Below, piece after piece: positions 38,602-46,806 of a stretch of 64,000 nt of DNA; within the stretch, counting starts at the first letter, position 1, and each line of letters opens with the position of its first letter. The stretch spans positions 82,833 through 146,832 of the forward strand of contig CAUUMS010000003.1 in assembly GCA_963546395.1 (NCBI GenBank). The letters run 5' to 3'. A model generated the notes under the pieces. It made no database searches and was not told the origin of the DNA. It was given only the letters and a program-made list of their open reading frames with translations. The translations under genes were made by a program, and so were the position numbers. This stretch comes from an uncultured Bacteroidia bacterium (GTDB taxonomy: Bacteria; Bacteroidota; Bacteroidia; Bacteroidales; CAJPTX01).

Positions 38602-39951
38602 ATGGAGGTGATAAGGTATCAGCTGGCCCCGTATTGGGTTTTGCGGCATGACGAGCACCGGCACGATTGCTATACCCTTTTCGATATCAGAGCTGCTAAG
38701 ATATACACCATTAACCGCTCCATTTTTCGCCTTCTCTCATTCATTGAGGCGAGTGGTAAGCGGCTCGACGAGGTGGTGGACTTCTTTGGGCAGGCAAACG
38801 AGATTGATTACAGCATGGTCTTTAGCAATCTCAACAAGCAGTGGGATGGTCTGGTGCTCAATACGAATGCAGAGGTGAGGGTTGCAGAGCATCCAAGACT
38901 CCAGTTCACTCCTCGGGTGCCGGTGTGCTCCTCGCCTCGGACCGCGGAGATTCAGCTTACCACGCGGTGCAATCTGGAGTGCTTGCACTGCCTCCACTCC
39001 TGTGGGCGCGATAGGCATGACGCGCTGATCTCGGGCCAGAAGTGGGTTAGAATTCTGCGTGAGCTAGAGGCTAATCGGATGCGAATTGTCACCCTTACCG
39101 GGGGTGAGCTCTTTACGCACCCCGACATCGATACGATAATCGAGGCCTTGGGTAAGATGCGGATGCAATTCGTCATCCTCACCAATGCGATGCTCATTAC
39201 CCCCGAGCGGGCCAGGATGCTAGCGCATCCTAATATTCTACTCTCCATCTCCCTGGATGGTAGCACGGAGGAGTCACATGACTTTCTGCGTGGCGCAGGG
39301 GCTTATCGGGTGCTTATGCGCAAGATGGAGCTGCTTGCTAGTTTGGGGGTGGAATGGGTGCTCTCCGTGACGCTGCATGCCCAGAATACCGGGCAGATAG
39401 AGGGTCTTGTGGAGTATGCGCTTGCGAGTAACGTGAAAGCACTGAACTTTACCATCTTGGACGACATAGGAAGGGCGCAGGACAATCGTATTTTGCATTT
39501 GACGAGGGCGCAGCGTCGGGACTGTAAGCAGCGGATACAACGCTTGCAAAAGCAGTATGCGCAGATACTTCCTATTGTTTTGCTTGATCCTGAGGAGGGT
39601 TTTGAATCCTCTGATTCTGGCTCGCCGCATGCGGCTGATGATGAGCCAGTGACGTGTACTGGTGCGATATCGCACATAGCCATTGCCACGGATGGGAGTG
39701 TGTACCCATGCGTGTATGCTTTTGGAGTAGACTCTCTTTTTGCTGGGCGTATGACGGAGCGTACGCTCGGCGAAATCTGGAATACCGATAAGTGGTCGCT
39801 GCTGAGAGGGGGCATTACGATGCAGGATCTGCATCAGTGCAAATCGTGCACCCTACGGAGTAGTTGTCAGACAAAAAGCTGTAGGGTACGTGCGCTGAAG
39901 TATAAGGGCGACCTCTACGCAGCGCCGAAGTGTGTGGTCTTTCCCCATTAA
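38602..39951 (+). CDS. Radical SAM/SPASM peptide maturase with an N-terminal RRE (PqqD-like) domain
   Basis: Cx3Cx2C at C123/C127/C130 (TTRCNLECLHC) and GGE-like TLTGGEL. SPASM cysteines are C352-x12-G-x4-C370, C413-x2-C416-x5-C422-x4-C427 and C444. About 100 aa precede the core. Confidence 0.85.
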   Translation: MEVIRYQLAPYWVLRHDEHRHDCYTLFDIRAAKIYTINRSIFRLLSFIEASGKRLDEVVDFFGQANEIDYSMVFSNLNKQWDGLVLNTNAEVRVAEHPRLQFTPRVPVCSSPRTAEIQLTTRCNLECLHCLHSCGRDRHDALISGQKWVRILRELEANRMRIVTLTGGELFTHPDIDTIIEALGKMRMQFVILTNAMLITPERARMLAHPNILLSISLDGSTEESHDFLRGAGAYRVLMRKMELLASLGVEWVLSVTLHAQNTGQIEGLVEYALASNVKALNFTILDDIGRAQDNRILHLTRAQRRDCKQRIQRLQKQYAQILPIVLLDPEEGFESSDSGSPHAADDEPVTCTGAISHIAIATDGSVYPCVYAFGVDSLFAGRMTERTLGEIWNTDKWSLLRGGITMQDLHQCKSCTLRSSCQTKSCRVRALKYKGDLYAAPKCVVFPH

Positions 39952-39962
39952 AAGTTTAGACG

Positions 39963-42245
39963 ATGAGACATTTTTTACTTCTCTTGACCATAGTCCTCTG
40001 CACGTCTCCCGCCTGGGGACAGCAAGGTATCAATGCGTTGGTGTTGGATCTCGATGGCAAGCCGCTTGAGTATTGCAATGTGGTGGGATACACCAAGGAC
40101 AGCGTCTTTATGCGGGGTACCATAACCGACAGCCTGGGGCGTTTCAACATTTCCAATGTCGACAGCCTCTTTTACCTGCGTTTTAGCAGCTTGGGCTATG
40201 CCACGCAGGATGTGCCTGTGCTGAATTTTCCCGCCCAGGTACGTATGGCCCCAGAGAATATCGCTGTGGATGGTGTTGTGGTGGAGGGGCGTAGGCCTCG
40301 TCTGACGATGGAGCGAGGGAAGCTCAAAATGAATGTTAGGGGAACCATCCTATCGGAGCGTCCCCATGTTGGCAAAGTGCTATCGCAGATACCAGGCCTT
40401 ACGGCAGAGAGTAACGGTGAGGCCTCGCTGATTGGTGGGGGAACTCTCGTTACGTTTATCGATGGCCGAAAGGTGCTAAGCTCTGACGAATTGCAAGCCT
40501 TGGATCCCAAGGACATTGAATCGATAACTCTGGATCGTGCGCCGGGTACACGTTATGGCAGTGGGGTTCGGGCTGTGCTCAATATTCGGACTGTACACCG
40601 ATTCGATCAGATATCCGTTCTCGCAAGGAGTTGGGCCGATTTCAATCATCTGGTCTCTTATGGGGGGAGTGCGCAGGTGGGGTACTACACCAAAAACACC
40701 AAGTTCCTCTTTTACATCTGGCATCGCAACGATAGGGAGTTAAAAACTGAGCTGATGGATGCCAAGAGTGCGCCATTCAAGCAGCTCCTCGTGCGGAGAA
40801 TTGACACGACGCACTACCTAAAGAATTATGCCCGTGTGCAGATGGATGTTCTCCCGAATGAGAAGCTTAGTACAGGGGTGCGGTATAATTTCTCGTGGAA
40901 CAGAGAGACAACATCCGATCTTACCCGGACGCTGTTCAACCCAGGGCATGCCGCTTGGGAAAGGGTTGACGCAACCGGAGATGTGAGGGGTAATTCGCCG
41001 TCGCACCATGTCAGCGGCTACGTGACCTACAAGCCTACCAAGGACTGGGAAATTGAGCTTAATGCCGATGTGTTTGCCAGAGATATGCGCAGGCGACAGC
41101 TTACCCATGAGCGCAGTGCAGCCGTTCATCGGGATATCAACTGGAAGACAGATGCGCACTACCTACTCTGGCAGCTTTCGCCACGTGTGAGCTACAGCTT
41201 CACCAAGGAGCAAGCGCTCGAGGCGGGGGCCGATATCAACCATATCACGGGCGATAGGCAGCAGTATAAGGAGAACCGGATGAGCGTTGATGGGCGTAAT
41301 GGGGAGGCTCTCTATGCTGCGTACACCAATTACACCTATGCGCTGTCCGAGAAATGGAATCTCTCAGCAGGGCTTCGTTATGAGCATGCCGCTAGCCGGC
41401 TCAGCGATGCGCGGGTGCCTGCGAACGATGTTAGTAGAACGTATGACAACCTTTTCTTCTCTGGGAAGGTCTCTGGCCAGATAGGGAATGCCATGCACGT
41501 ATTCGACGTGAGCTCCGGCACCCAGCGCCCAGCGTTGGAGGATCTGAGTAATAACAGCTACTACTCTAGTCGATTCATATTGCAGGAGTCCAACCCCAAG
41601 CTAATACCGGCGAAGATCTATCGGGCCAACTATGCGTTCAATTATGGCCCCATATTCGCCGGGCTAAGCTACCGCTACACTCGTGACCACATCGACCATC
41701 TCATACACCAGAATTCCAATGATCCTGATGGGTATGTATTCGCCAAGGCCAACTTTAAGCACCATCATTCAGGCCAGGCCATGCTGGGAATGCAGATGTC
41801 GTTGGCGAAATGGTACACTATCGATATCTCGGGGCTAGCGCAGCTCGAGCGGATTGATGGAAAGCAGTATGGGCTCGCCCTCAAGGCTCGTCCGCTCTAC
41901 TACGGCAAGATATCACAGACATTCTCGTTCTCGTGGGTTAACTTCGAAATCGAGTATGCCTATCAGAGCCCCCTCACTGCGGGAACATTCGAAGCGCGTG
42001 AGCAGCATACGCTTGAGGCATCTGTTTGGCGATCCTTTTTCAAGGACAGGCTGTATGTATACATCGAGGCATCCAATATACTTGCTGCCAGGGATGTTGC
42101 GTACACTCGTGTTGGAGGGCTCTCCCTACTGCATGACGATTACCGGGATACACGAAAGATCAAGTTGTTCATTCGTTACCGGTTTAACAAAGCGACGAGC
42201 AAGAACCGAACGAGTGCTGCTTCGGAGTCTATAGATCGCCTATAG
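39963..42245 (+). CDS. Outer-membrane beta-barrel protein with an N-terminal CarboxypepD_reg-like domain (TonB-dependent-receptor-like), paralogue 1
   Basis: Signal peptide MRHFLLLLTIVLCTSPAWG/QQ, Carb-reg-like domain (VLDLDGKPLEYCNVVGY...GTITDSLGRFNI), plug-like segment (VLSQIPGL...IESITLDRAPGTRYGS), and a long barrel ending ...LFIRYRF plus a basic tail. 760 aa. Confidence 0.8.
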   Translation: MRHFLLLLTIVLCTSPAWGQQGINALVLDLDGKPLEYCNVVGYTKDSVFMRGTITDSLGRFNISNVDSLFYLRFSSLGYATQDVPVLNFPAQVRMAPENIAVDGVVVEGRRPRLTMERGKLKMNVRGTILSERPHVGKVLSQIPGLTAESNGEASLIGGGTLVTFIDGRKVLSSDELQALDPKDIESITLDRAPGTRYGSGVRAVLNIRTVHRFDQISVLARSWADFNHLVSYGGSAQVGYYTKNTKFLFYIWHRNDRELKTELMDAKSAPFKQLLVRRIDTTHYLKNYARVQMDVLPNEKLSTGVRYNFSWNRETTSDLTRTLFNPGHAAWERVDATGDVRGNSPSHHVSGYVTYKPTKDWEIELNADVFARDMRRRQLTHERSAAVHRDINWKTDAHYLLWQLSPRVSYSFTKEQALEAGADINHITGDRQQYKENRMSVDGRNGEALYAAYTNYTYALSEKWNLSAGLRYEHAASRLSDARVPANDVSRTYDNLFFSGKVSGQIGNAMHVFDVSSGTQRPALEDLSNNSYYSSRFILQESNPKLIPAKIYRANYAFNYGPIFAGLSYRYTRDHIDHLIHQNSNDPDGYVFAKANFKHHHSGQAMLGMQMSLAKWYTIDISGLAQLERIDGKQYGLALKARPLYYGKISQTFSFSWVNFEIEYAYQSPLTAGTFEAREQHTLEASVWRSFFKDRLYVYIEASNILAARDVAYTRVGGLSLLHDDYRDTRKIKLFIRYRFNKATSKNRTSAASESIDRL

Positions 42246-42246
42246 C

Positions 42247-42311
42247 GTGGAGTTCCTCAAGCAGCGTGATACGATAGATTGCGGCCCATAATGTCTGGCT
42301 TCCCGCATTAA
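42247..42311 (+). pseudogene. Duplication scar: 5' relic of the C39-ABC gene fused to a 3' relic of the rSAM gene
   Basis: 42247..42299 matches 44604..44656 at 46 of 53 nt by hand count (VEFLKQRDTIDCGP*) but carries an in-frame TAA. 42300..42311 (ttcccgcattaa) matches the last codons of the rSAM gene (tttccccattaa at 39940..39951). Confidence 0.7.
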
Positions 42312-42322
42312 AAGTTTGAGTA

Positions 42323-44602
42323 ATGAGACGCTGTTTACTTCTCCTAATCATAGTGCTTTGCACCTCTTCTGCGTGGGCTCAGCAAGGCATTAGCGCACGG
42401 GTCATCGATTTCGATGGTAAACCGCTCGAGTACTGCAATGTGGTGGGCTACACCAGGGACAGCGTGTTCGTGCGGGGGACAATAACCGATAGCCTCGGGA
42501 ATTTCAACATAGCCAACGTCGATAGCCTGTTCTACCTGCGCTTTACCAGCCTTGGTTATACCACCCAGGACGTGCCAGTGATGAATTTTCCCGCCCAGGT
42601 GCGCATGGCTGCCGAAAATATTGCTGTGGGCGATGTGGTGGTAGAGGGGCGTAGGCCCAAGCTGGTCATGCAGGGTGGGAAGCTCAGGATGAATGTTAAG
42701 GGGACAATCCTGTCCGAGCGTCCCACCGTTGACAAAGTGCTATCGCAGATACCGGGGCTTACGGCAAATAACGAGGGTGCATCACTGATCGGCGGTGGCA
42801 CCCTCGTTACGCTTATTGATGGGAGGCGAGTTCTTAACGCGAGCGAACTTCAGGCTTTGGATCCCAAGGATATCGAGTCTATAACGATGGATCGTGCTCC
42901 TGGGGCACGTTATGGCAGCGAGGTGAGGGCTGTGCTGAATATTCGCACCGTGCATCGCTTCGATCAGCTATCTGTGCTCGTGAGGGGTAGAGCCGCATTC
43001 AACCACTTGTTCTCGCACTGGGAAAGTGCGCAAGTGGGGTATCACACCAAGAAAGCCAAGTTCCTTTTCTATGCTAGCGGTAACGATAAGAGAGTGCTGG
43101 AGACGCAGCGGTTAGATGCCACAATTGTACCTGCTAAGGAGTTGCGTACAAATCTTGTCGATACGACTGCTTACAGGGGGTACTATACCTTCCTTCAGGT
43201 AGATCTCTTTCCTAGTAAGAAGATCAATGCTGGTGTGTCGTATCACTTCATTATGCGCCTCCTGGGGATGGGTGTTATTAGTCGCCTGCGATTCAATCCA
43301 GGGCATGCTGCTTGGGAGGATGTCATCTCGAGTGGCAGCTTGAAGGACAACTCACCCTCCCACCATGTCAATAGCTACGTAACCTACAAGCCCACCTCAG
43401 CCTGGGAGATAGAGCTTGAGACCGACGTGTTTACCCGGAACATGCATCGGCGCCAGTACACGCACGAGCGTGAGGCCGTGCGTGAGCGGGATGTCAACTT
43501 GCGCACCGATACCCACTATCTTCTCTGGCAGCTTTCGCCACGTGCTAGTTACAGCTTTACCGAGAGCCAGAAGCTCGAGGTTGGTGTTCATGTCAACCGC
43601 ATTACTGGCGATCGGAAGCAATATGTGGCGAATTGGATCAGCTCCGAAGGACGCAATAATGAGGAACTCTATGCGGCTTACACCAACTACAGCTATGCCC
43701 CTTCCGAAAAGTGGAGCCTTAGTGCTGGCCTGCGCTATGAGCGGGCTAATAGCCGTCTCAATGATTTGCGAGTGCTAGGTGCTGATGTAGATCGGACATT
43801 CGACAACCTCTTTTTCTCGGGAAAGATCGCTGGCCAGATCGGAAAAACCACGCACCAGTTCGACGTGAGCTCTGGCACGCAGCGCCCTTTGTTGGAGGAG
43901 CTTAGCAATCACAGCGTTTACATCAACAAGTTCCTGATACAAGAGTCCAACCCAAATCTGATTCCCTCCAAGATTTATCGTGCCAATTACACATTCAATT
44001 ACGGGCCCCTGTTTGCGGGGATAAACTACCAGTACACCCGCAATCACATTGCCGGTTACATGCAGATTAATCCCAAAGATCCCGATGGCTATGTGCTCTC
44101 CAATACCAACTACAAGCACCACCATCGTGGGCAGGTGCTGCTGGGCATGGAGATGTCGCTGGCAAAGTGGTACTCGTTTAGCATCAATGGATTGGGGCAA
44201 ATGGAGCGAATCGATGGCAGGCAGTATGGCCTCTCCATTAAGATGCGCCCGCTCTACTACGGAAAGATCACACACACCTTCACGTTCCCGTGGTTTAACT
44301 TTAGTGTGGAGTACTCTTACCGGAGTGCACATACCATGAATGTCAACGAGACGGGGGAGCAGCACATGCTCGAAGCCTCCGTCTGGAAATCTTTCTTCGA
44401 CGGACGGCTTTACGTGAACATCGTGGGCGAGGATCTTTTGGCAGCTAGAAACGTTACCTACACACGCATTGGAGGCCTTGCCGTCCAAGCCGAGGAATAC
44501 AGTGATACACGGTGCGTTGCCCTGTTTCTGCGATACCGGTTTAATGCGTCCACGAGCAAGAATCGAAAGAGTGCTGCCTCGGAGTCTATAGATCGCCTAT
44601 AG
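42323..44602 (+). CDS. Outer-membrane beta-barrel protein with an N-terminal CarboxypepD_reg-like domain, paralogue 2
   Basis: 759 aa and collinear with paralogue 1. The N-terminal roughly 210 aa and the C-terminal tail (SKNR.SAASESIDRL) are near-identical, while the central barrel/loop regions are much more diverged. Confidence 0.8.
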   Translation: MRRCLLLLIIVLCTSSAWAQQGISARVIDFDGKPLEYCNVVGYTRDSVFVRGTITDSLGNFNIANVDSLFYLRFTSLGYTTQDVPVMNFPAQVRMAAENIAVGDVVVEGRRPKLVMQGGKLRMNVKGTILSERPTVDKVLSQIPGLTANNEGASLIGGGTLVTLIDGRRVLNASELQALDPKDIESITMDRAPGARYGSEVRAVLNIRTVHRFDQLSVLVRGRAAFNHLFSHWESAQVGYHTKKAKFLFYASGNDKRVLETQRLDATIVPAKELRTNLVDTTAYRGYYTFLQVDLFPSKKINAGVSYHFIMRLLGMGVISRLRFNPGHAAWEDVISSGSLKDNSPSHHVNSYVTYKPTSAWEIELETDVFTRNMHRRQYTHEREAVRERDVNLRTDTHYLLWQLSPRASYSFTESQKLEVGVHVNRITGDRKQYVANWISSEGRNNEELYAAYTNYSYAPSEKWSLSAGLRYERANSRLNDLRVLGADVDRTFDNLFFSGKIAGQIGKTTHQFDVSSGTQRPLLEELSNHSVYINKFLIQESNPNLIPSKIYRANYTFNYGPLFAGINYQYTRNHIAGYMQINPKDPDGYVLSNTNYKHHHRGQVLLGMEMSLAKWYSFSINGLGQMERIDGRQYGLSIKMRPLYYGKITHTFTFPWFNFSVEYSYRSAHTMNVNETGEQHMLEASVWKSFFDGRLYVNIVGEDLLAARNVTYTRIGGLAVQAEEYSDTRCVALFLRYRFNASTSKNRKSAASESIDRL

Positions 44603-44603
44603 C

Positions 44604-46805
44604 GTGGAGTTCCTCAAGCAGCGTGATGCGATGGATTGTGGCCCGTCGTGCCTGGCAATGATCGCTGGGCACTATGGGCTGCGTCCTGATCGTGATCATC
44701 TGCGTCGTATCTGTGCCCTCGGCAAAGAGGGCGTATCACTCCTTGGGATCAGCAAGGCGGCTGAGGCCATCGGATTTCGTACTGTGGGCGGGCGTATGGG
44801 GGTAGAGACGCTCACTACGGAGATCCCCCTCCCTTGTATTGTACACTGGAATCAGAATCACTTCGTTGTCGTCTACAAGGTAAAGCGCATACGCCCTGGC
44901 TTGCGCATGATACATGTGGCCGATCCTGCGAAGGGCCTGCTGACCTACACGGAGCAGGAGTTCTGTGAGCATTGGGTTAGCACGCAGGATCACGGCGAAG
45001 GGAAGGGGATAGCCCTTCTCCTTGAACCCTCCGAGGGCTTTTACAGCGGGCAGGATGCTGGTGCAATTGCCAAGAGGGGCTCCCGCCTCGTCTTCCTCTG
45101 GCGATATCTCCGGAGGTACAAGCGATTCTTCTCGCAGCTCATCCTGGGCCTACTGCTGGGGTCGCTCCTTCAGCTCGTGTTCCCATTCCTCACGCAGGCC
45201 ATTGTGGATACAGGCGTGGGAGGGCGCGATCTTAGCTTTGTGTGGCTCGTGCTTTTGGCACAGCTGATGCTTCTTTTCAGTCGCACCGCCATCACATTTA
45301 TCCGCTCCAAGATCCTCCTGCACATCTCCACGCGCATTAACATTTCGCTCGTCTCGGATTTCTTCATCAAGCTCATGAAGCTCCCCATGAAGTTCTTCGA
45401 TACCAAGCTCATGGGCGATCTCTTGCAGCGCATTGAGGATCACCATCGGGTGGAGCAGTTCCTCACCTCTAGTAGCCTTAGCCTGCTTTTCTCCTTTTTC
45501 ACATTCGTAGTCTTTGGGGTAGTGCTAGCGAGCTACAACCTGGGCATCTTCATCGTCTTCCTCCTGGGCACGCTCCTGTATGCTGGCTGGATAGTCCTAT
45601 TCCTGCGCAAGCGTAGGCTACTCGATTATAAGTACTTCGATCAGGCTGGGCGTAACCGTAATGTCACCTACCAGCTCGTTAATGGAATGCAGGAGATCAA
45701 GCTCCAGGGGTGCGAGCAGCGTAAACGTTGGGAGTGGGAGGATGTGCAGGCCGACCTGTTCAAGGTGAATCTCCAGTCGCTCAACCTTAGCCAGGTGCAG
45801 CAGGCTGGGAGCGTTGCCATCAACGAGGTAAAGAATATCCTCACCACCGTGCTTGCCGCCGCGGCGGTCATCCAGGGGCACATGACCCTCGGGATGATGC
45901 TTGCCGTGCAGTACATCATCGGGCAGCTCAATAGCCCTGTGGAGCAGCTCATCCAGTTCATCTACTCCTGGCAGGATGTGAGCATCAGCCTCGACCGTAT
46001 GAGCGAGATCCACACCGAGGCCAATGAGGAGAACAGCGAGCGCATGCGGAGTGGCTACACTGCTGAACCCTCGCTCACAGTGGAGGGCCTCTCGTTCAAA
46101 TACGACCCCTATAGCTCCCGGGACATCCTTGCCGACATCCATCTCACCATCCCTCATGGCCAGGTGACGGCCATCGTTGGGGCTAGTGGCAGCGGAAAAA
46201 CAACGCTCATCAAGCTTTTGCTCGGATTCTACGAGCCGCTGGCTGGTTGCATTCGGGTCGGTGATACGCCCCTCAGTGAGTATAACCTTGCGTGGTGGCG
46301 TGGCCAGTGCGGGGCCGTGATGCAGGATGGCTACCTCTTCTCCGACACTATAGCGCGCAATATCGCCATCTCTGATGATGAGCCAGACATCGAGCGCATA
46401 CGTAACGCAGCGCGCATTGCAAATATCGCTGACTACATCGAGGCCCTGCCGTTGGGGTACAACACGATGATAGGGCAGGATGGGCAGGGCATCAGCCAGG
46501 GGCAACGTCAGCGCATCCTCATCGCCCGTGTTGTCTACAAGAACCCCACGTTTGTCTTTCTCGATGAGGCGACCAATGCTCTCGATGCCCGCAACGAGCG
46601 TAGCATCACCGAGCGACTGGCGGAGTTCTACCGTGGGAAGACGGTAGTGGTGGTTGCGCATCGTCTATCCACCGTTCGTAATGCCGATCAGATCGTGGTC
46701 TTAGATGCAGGTAAGATCGTTGAGGTCGGCACGCATGAAGAGTTGACAGCAAGCGAGGGACAGTACTTCCATCTGGTCAAGAATCAGCTGGAGCTCGGGA
46801 GTTGA
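44604..46805 (+). CDS. Peptidase-C39-domain ABC transporter (PCAT; bacteriocin/RiPP leader-cleaving exporter)
   Basis: C39 catalytic Cys in QRDAMDCGPSCLAM, with His (NQNHFVVVY) and Asp (HVADP). Six-TM ABC membrane domain. Walker A GASGSGKTT, signature ISQGQRQR, Walker B FVFLDEAT. GTG start lies 1 nt after the upstream stop. Confidence 0.9.
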   Translation: MEFLKQRDAMDCGPSCLAMIAGHYGLRPDRDHLRRICALGKEGVSLLGISKAAEAIGFRTVGGRMGVETLTTEIPLPCIVHWNQNHFVVVYKVKRIRPGLRMIHVADPAKGLLTYTEQEFCEHWVSTQDHGEGKGIALLLEPSEGFYSGQDAGAIAKRGSRLVFLWRYLRRYKRFFSQLILGLLLGSLLQLVFPFLTQAIVDTGVGGRDLSFVWLVLLAQLMLLFSRTAITFIRSKILLHISTRINISLVSDFFIKLMKLPMKFFDTKLMGDLLQRIEDHHRVEQFLTSSSLSLLFSFFTFVVFGVVLASYNLGIFIVFLLGTLLYAGWIVLFLRKRRLLDYKYFDQAGRNRNVTYQLVNGMQEIKLQGCEQRKRWEWEDVQADLFKVNLQSLNLSQVQQAGSVAINEVKNILTTVLAAAAVIQGHMTLGMMLAVQYIIGQLNSPVEQLIQFIYSWQDVSISLDRMSEIHTEANEENSERMRSGYTAEPSLTVEGLSFKYDPYSSRDILADIHLTIPHGQVTAIVGASGSGKTTLIKLLLGFYEPLAGCIRVGDTPLSEYNLAWWRGQCGAVMQDGYLFSDTIARNIAISDDEPDIERIRNAARIANIADYIEALPLGYNTMIGQDGQGISQGQRQRILIARVVYKNPTFVFLDEATNALDARNERSITERLAEFYRGKTVVVVAHRLSTVRNADQIVVLDAGKIVEVGTHEELTASEGQYFHLVKNQLELGS

Positions 46806-46806
46806 C

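Larger units (their letters stand above)
39940..44656 (+). repeat. Tandem duplication, two units of about 2360 bp
   Basis: The start codons of the two paralogues are exactly 2360 nt apart (39963 and 42323). Each unit runs from the rSAM 3' end, through the OM gene, to the first 53 nt of the ABC gene. Confidence 0.8.
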
